DNA of 64,000 nucleotides from an uncultured Verrucomicrobiota bacterium (GTDB lineage Bacteria; Verrucomicrobiota; Kiritimatiellia; RFP12; UBA1067): NCBI GenBank assembly GCA_946623785.1, contig CAMORM010000001.1, positions 1,397 to 65,396 of the forward strand, read 5' to 3'. Shown piece by piece: positions 62,643 to 64,000 of this stretch (position 1 is its first letter; each line of letters starts with the position of its first letter). The notes under the pieces were generated by a model. It saw only the letters and a program-made list of their open reading frames with translations, ran no database searches and was not told where the DNA came from. The position numbers and the translations under genes were made by a program.

Positions 62643-63204
62643 CGGCCGCCTCCTTCTTCTTGTCCGACATCCAGACATGCTCCCACTTCTTGTCGCCGCC
62701 ACCTTGCCGGTAGTAGGAAACGACATCTCCCACCTTCTCGAACCACTTCTCGCCGAGAGCCTGCACGACGTTGACCTCGTTGCTCGTCTCGTCCTCGCAG
62801 ACCTCCAGTTCGATGTCGCCGTCGGTCCACGCCGCATCGACGATGGCCTCCGCCTCCTCCTTAGACTTGGCGCGGACGAGAACCCTACGGGTCACGAGCA
62901 TCGAGCATTCGACCTCGAAGTCTTGGCACCCGTCCTCGGACGGCGGAGGCGGCGGGTTGAAGTGGTCCTCCGCCTCCTGCTTGGAGCACTCCTCCTCCAA
63001 CCAGAACCTCGCCTTCTCCTCCGTATCGAACTCCTCCGTGTAGCACTCGCCCTCCGTATTGTCGGCGGCGGTCCACGACCCGTCGGGGTTCTTGCACAGA
63101 TACTTGTAACCTTCGAGAAGGTTGCCGAGCCACGGGTCGTTGTAGTGTTCGACGAGCGCGAACATCTCCTCCGGCTTGATGAGTCTGATTTCCTTACTAT
63201 CCAT
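62626..63204 (-). CDS. acidic protein (192 aa)
   Basis: Glu/Asp/Cys-rich; PPPPP linker. Confidence 0.4.
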   Translation of the reverse strand: MDSKEIRLIKPEEMFALVEHYNDPWLGNLLEGYKYLCKNPDGSWTAADNTEGECYTEEFDTEEKARFWLEEECSKQEAEDHFNPPPPPSEDGCQDFEVECSMLVTRRVLVRAKSKEEAEAIVDAAWTDGDIELEVCEDETSNEVNVVQALGEKWFEKVGDVVSYYRQGGGDKKWEHVWMSDKKKEAADEAKA

Positions 63205-63216
63205 TATGTGTTCCTC

Positions 63217-63612
63217 CTATCCGTTGAAGATTCTCCACTGGATTGTCTGGATTTTGTGGTCGTCGTCCGTCTCCCAACCGTCGTGCCACCACGTCGGTTC
63301 GGAGTAGACGTGCCAGTTGGCGGGCTTGCCCATTGTCTTCGCCGTTGCATTGAACAGGTTGACGATGGCTTCGGCAAGGTCGAACGTCTTGCCCTCCACC
63401 GCTTCCACCACCGGGACTGGAAAGAATGTCTTGTCATCCTCCCTCCCATCGGCGTTGAGTGCGACGGCGTTCACGACGATTTGGATGTCGCCCTCGCCTT
63501 CACCCCATTCGAGGATGTCTGTTTCGTACATCCACCTCTCCGGGCGAGTCGTTGGATTCGCCATCATGGTGACGAGATTGAGAATCCCGTCGACAATTCC
63601 GTAGTCTAACAT
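63217..63612 (-). CDS. hypothetical protein (131 aa)
   Basis: Trp-rich acidic sequence; codon bias. Confidence 0.4.
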   Translation of the reverse strand: MLDYGIVDGILNLVTMMANPTTRPERWMYETDILEWGEGEGDIQIVVNAVALNADGREDDKTFFPVPVVEAVEGKTFDLAEAIVNLFNATAKTMGKPANWHVYSEPTWWHDGWETDDDHKIQTIQWRIFNG

Positions 63613-63794
63613 TACTTGATTTCCTCCACGAAGATTTCGTTATGCGGACTGTCCACGAACTCGGGACGCGGCGTGTCCATGTCCCAACTGGCAACAAGAT
63701 ACTCCGCCTTGTCCCTCGCTTCGTCGAGGCCTCTCGCCTCAATCACGTCCTCCTGCACCACCTCGTAGTAGTAGCGGACTCTGAACCTCTTCAT
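63612..63794 (-). CDS. small protein (60 aa)
   Basis: overlapping start/stop with its neighbours. Confidence 0.35.
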   Translation of the reverse strand: MKRFRVRYYYEVVQEDVIEARGLDEARDKAEYLVASWDMDTPRPEFVDSPHNEIFVEEIK

Positions 63795-63982
63795 CCTTCC
63801 ACCTCCACCAGTTCGCCGTCCCTCACCTCATGCGAGGCGTAGTCCAGTCTATCGTCGCCCGTGTCCACGACCTGCTCGTCAACGTCCGTTTCCAGAACGT
63901 CTCGGAAGTCTGGGCAGAGCAGGCCGCACACAAGTGCCTCACGCACTGCTTTCACCGCCTCGTCGAAGCTCTCGGCAATCAC
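63791..63982 (-). CDS. small acidic protein (about 63 aa; start near the window edge)
   Basis: codon bias; the start may lie beyond 63982. Confidence 0.3.
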   Translation of the reverse strand: MIAESFDEAVKAVREALVCGLLCPDFRDVLETDVDEQVVDTGDDRLDYASHEVRDGELVEVEG

Positions 63983-64000
63983 GTCGTAGGAGTCGCCGAG

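Noticed and set aside
1-64000. Defence islands such as restriction-modification, CRISPR-Cas, retrons or a diversity-generating retroelement
   Set aside because: Reading all frames found no reverse transcriptase, Cas-like, methyltransferase or large NTPase/helicase motifs. The accessory content is phage anti-defence, replication and lysogeny genes instead

Overview
The window reads as a near-complete temperate phage genome from an unknown high-GC (about 65%) host. It is probably in the unintegrated (attP) configuration. Coordinates 3-37157 on the + strand hold a tightly packed virion-structure module. The module runs, in order, through a truncated large terminase, a putative portal, a putative scaffold, a putative major capsid protein, a strong terminator, small head and neck genes, a lipoprotein insertion, fibre-like proteins, a family-8 glycosyltransferase, a putative receptor-binding fibre, a run of large virion proteins and an 11.6-kb gene for a 3864-aa protein. 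That giant protein carries an HExxH motif and hydrophobic C-terminal segments. The giant gene converges on a tyrosine integrase (37141-38394, - strand). Beside the integrase lies a candidate attP whose core resembles a tRNA 3' end, flanked by direct arm-type repeats. Coordinates 38672-64000 on the - strand form a densely packed early and accessory region. It contains a Lar-type restriction-alleviation protein and an HNH homing endonuclease in an AT-rich island. It contains a RecT/YqaJ recombination pair, a replication module whose initiator gene carries six 11-bp iteron-like repeats, an SSB-like protein and a lytic transglycosylase. It contains a PcfJ/PcfK-like pair, two tandem ribbon-helix-helix proteins with three inverted-repeat operator copies (one inside a sigma70-like promoter), acidic proteins and many small hypothetical genes. 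A conserved GGTGC-N5-GGTGC motif occurs three times upstream of structural genes. There is no CRISPR array, reverse transcriptase or rRNA, and no complete tRNA. Many long ORFs in the supplied track are antisense artefacts of the GC-rich sequence and are not annotated. Functional calls rest on remembered family motifs and gene order; none was checked against a database.
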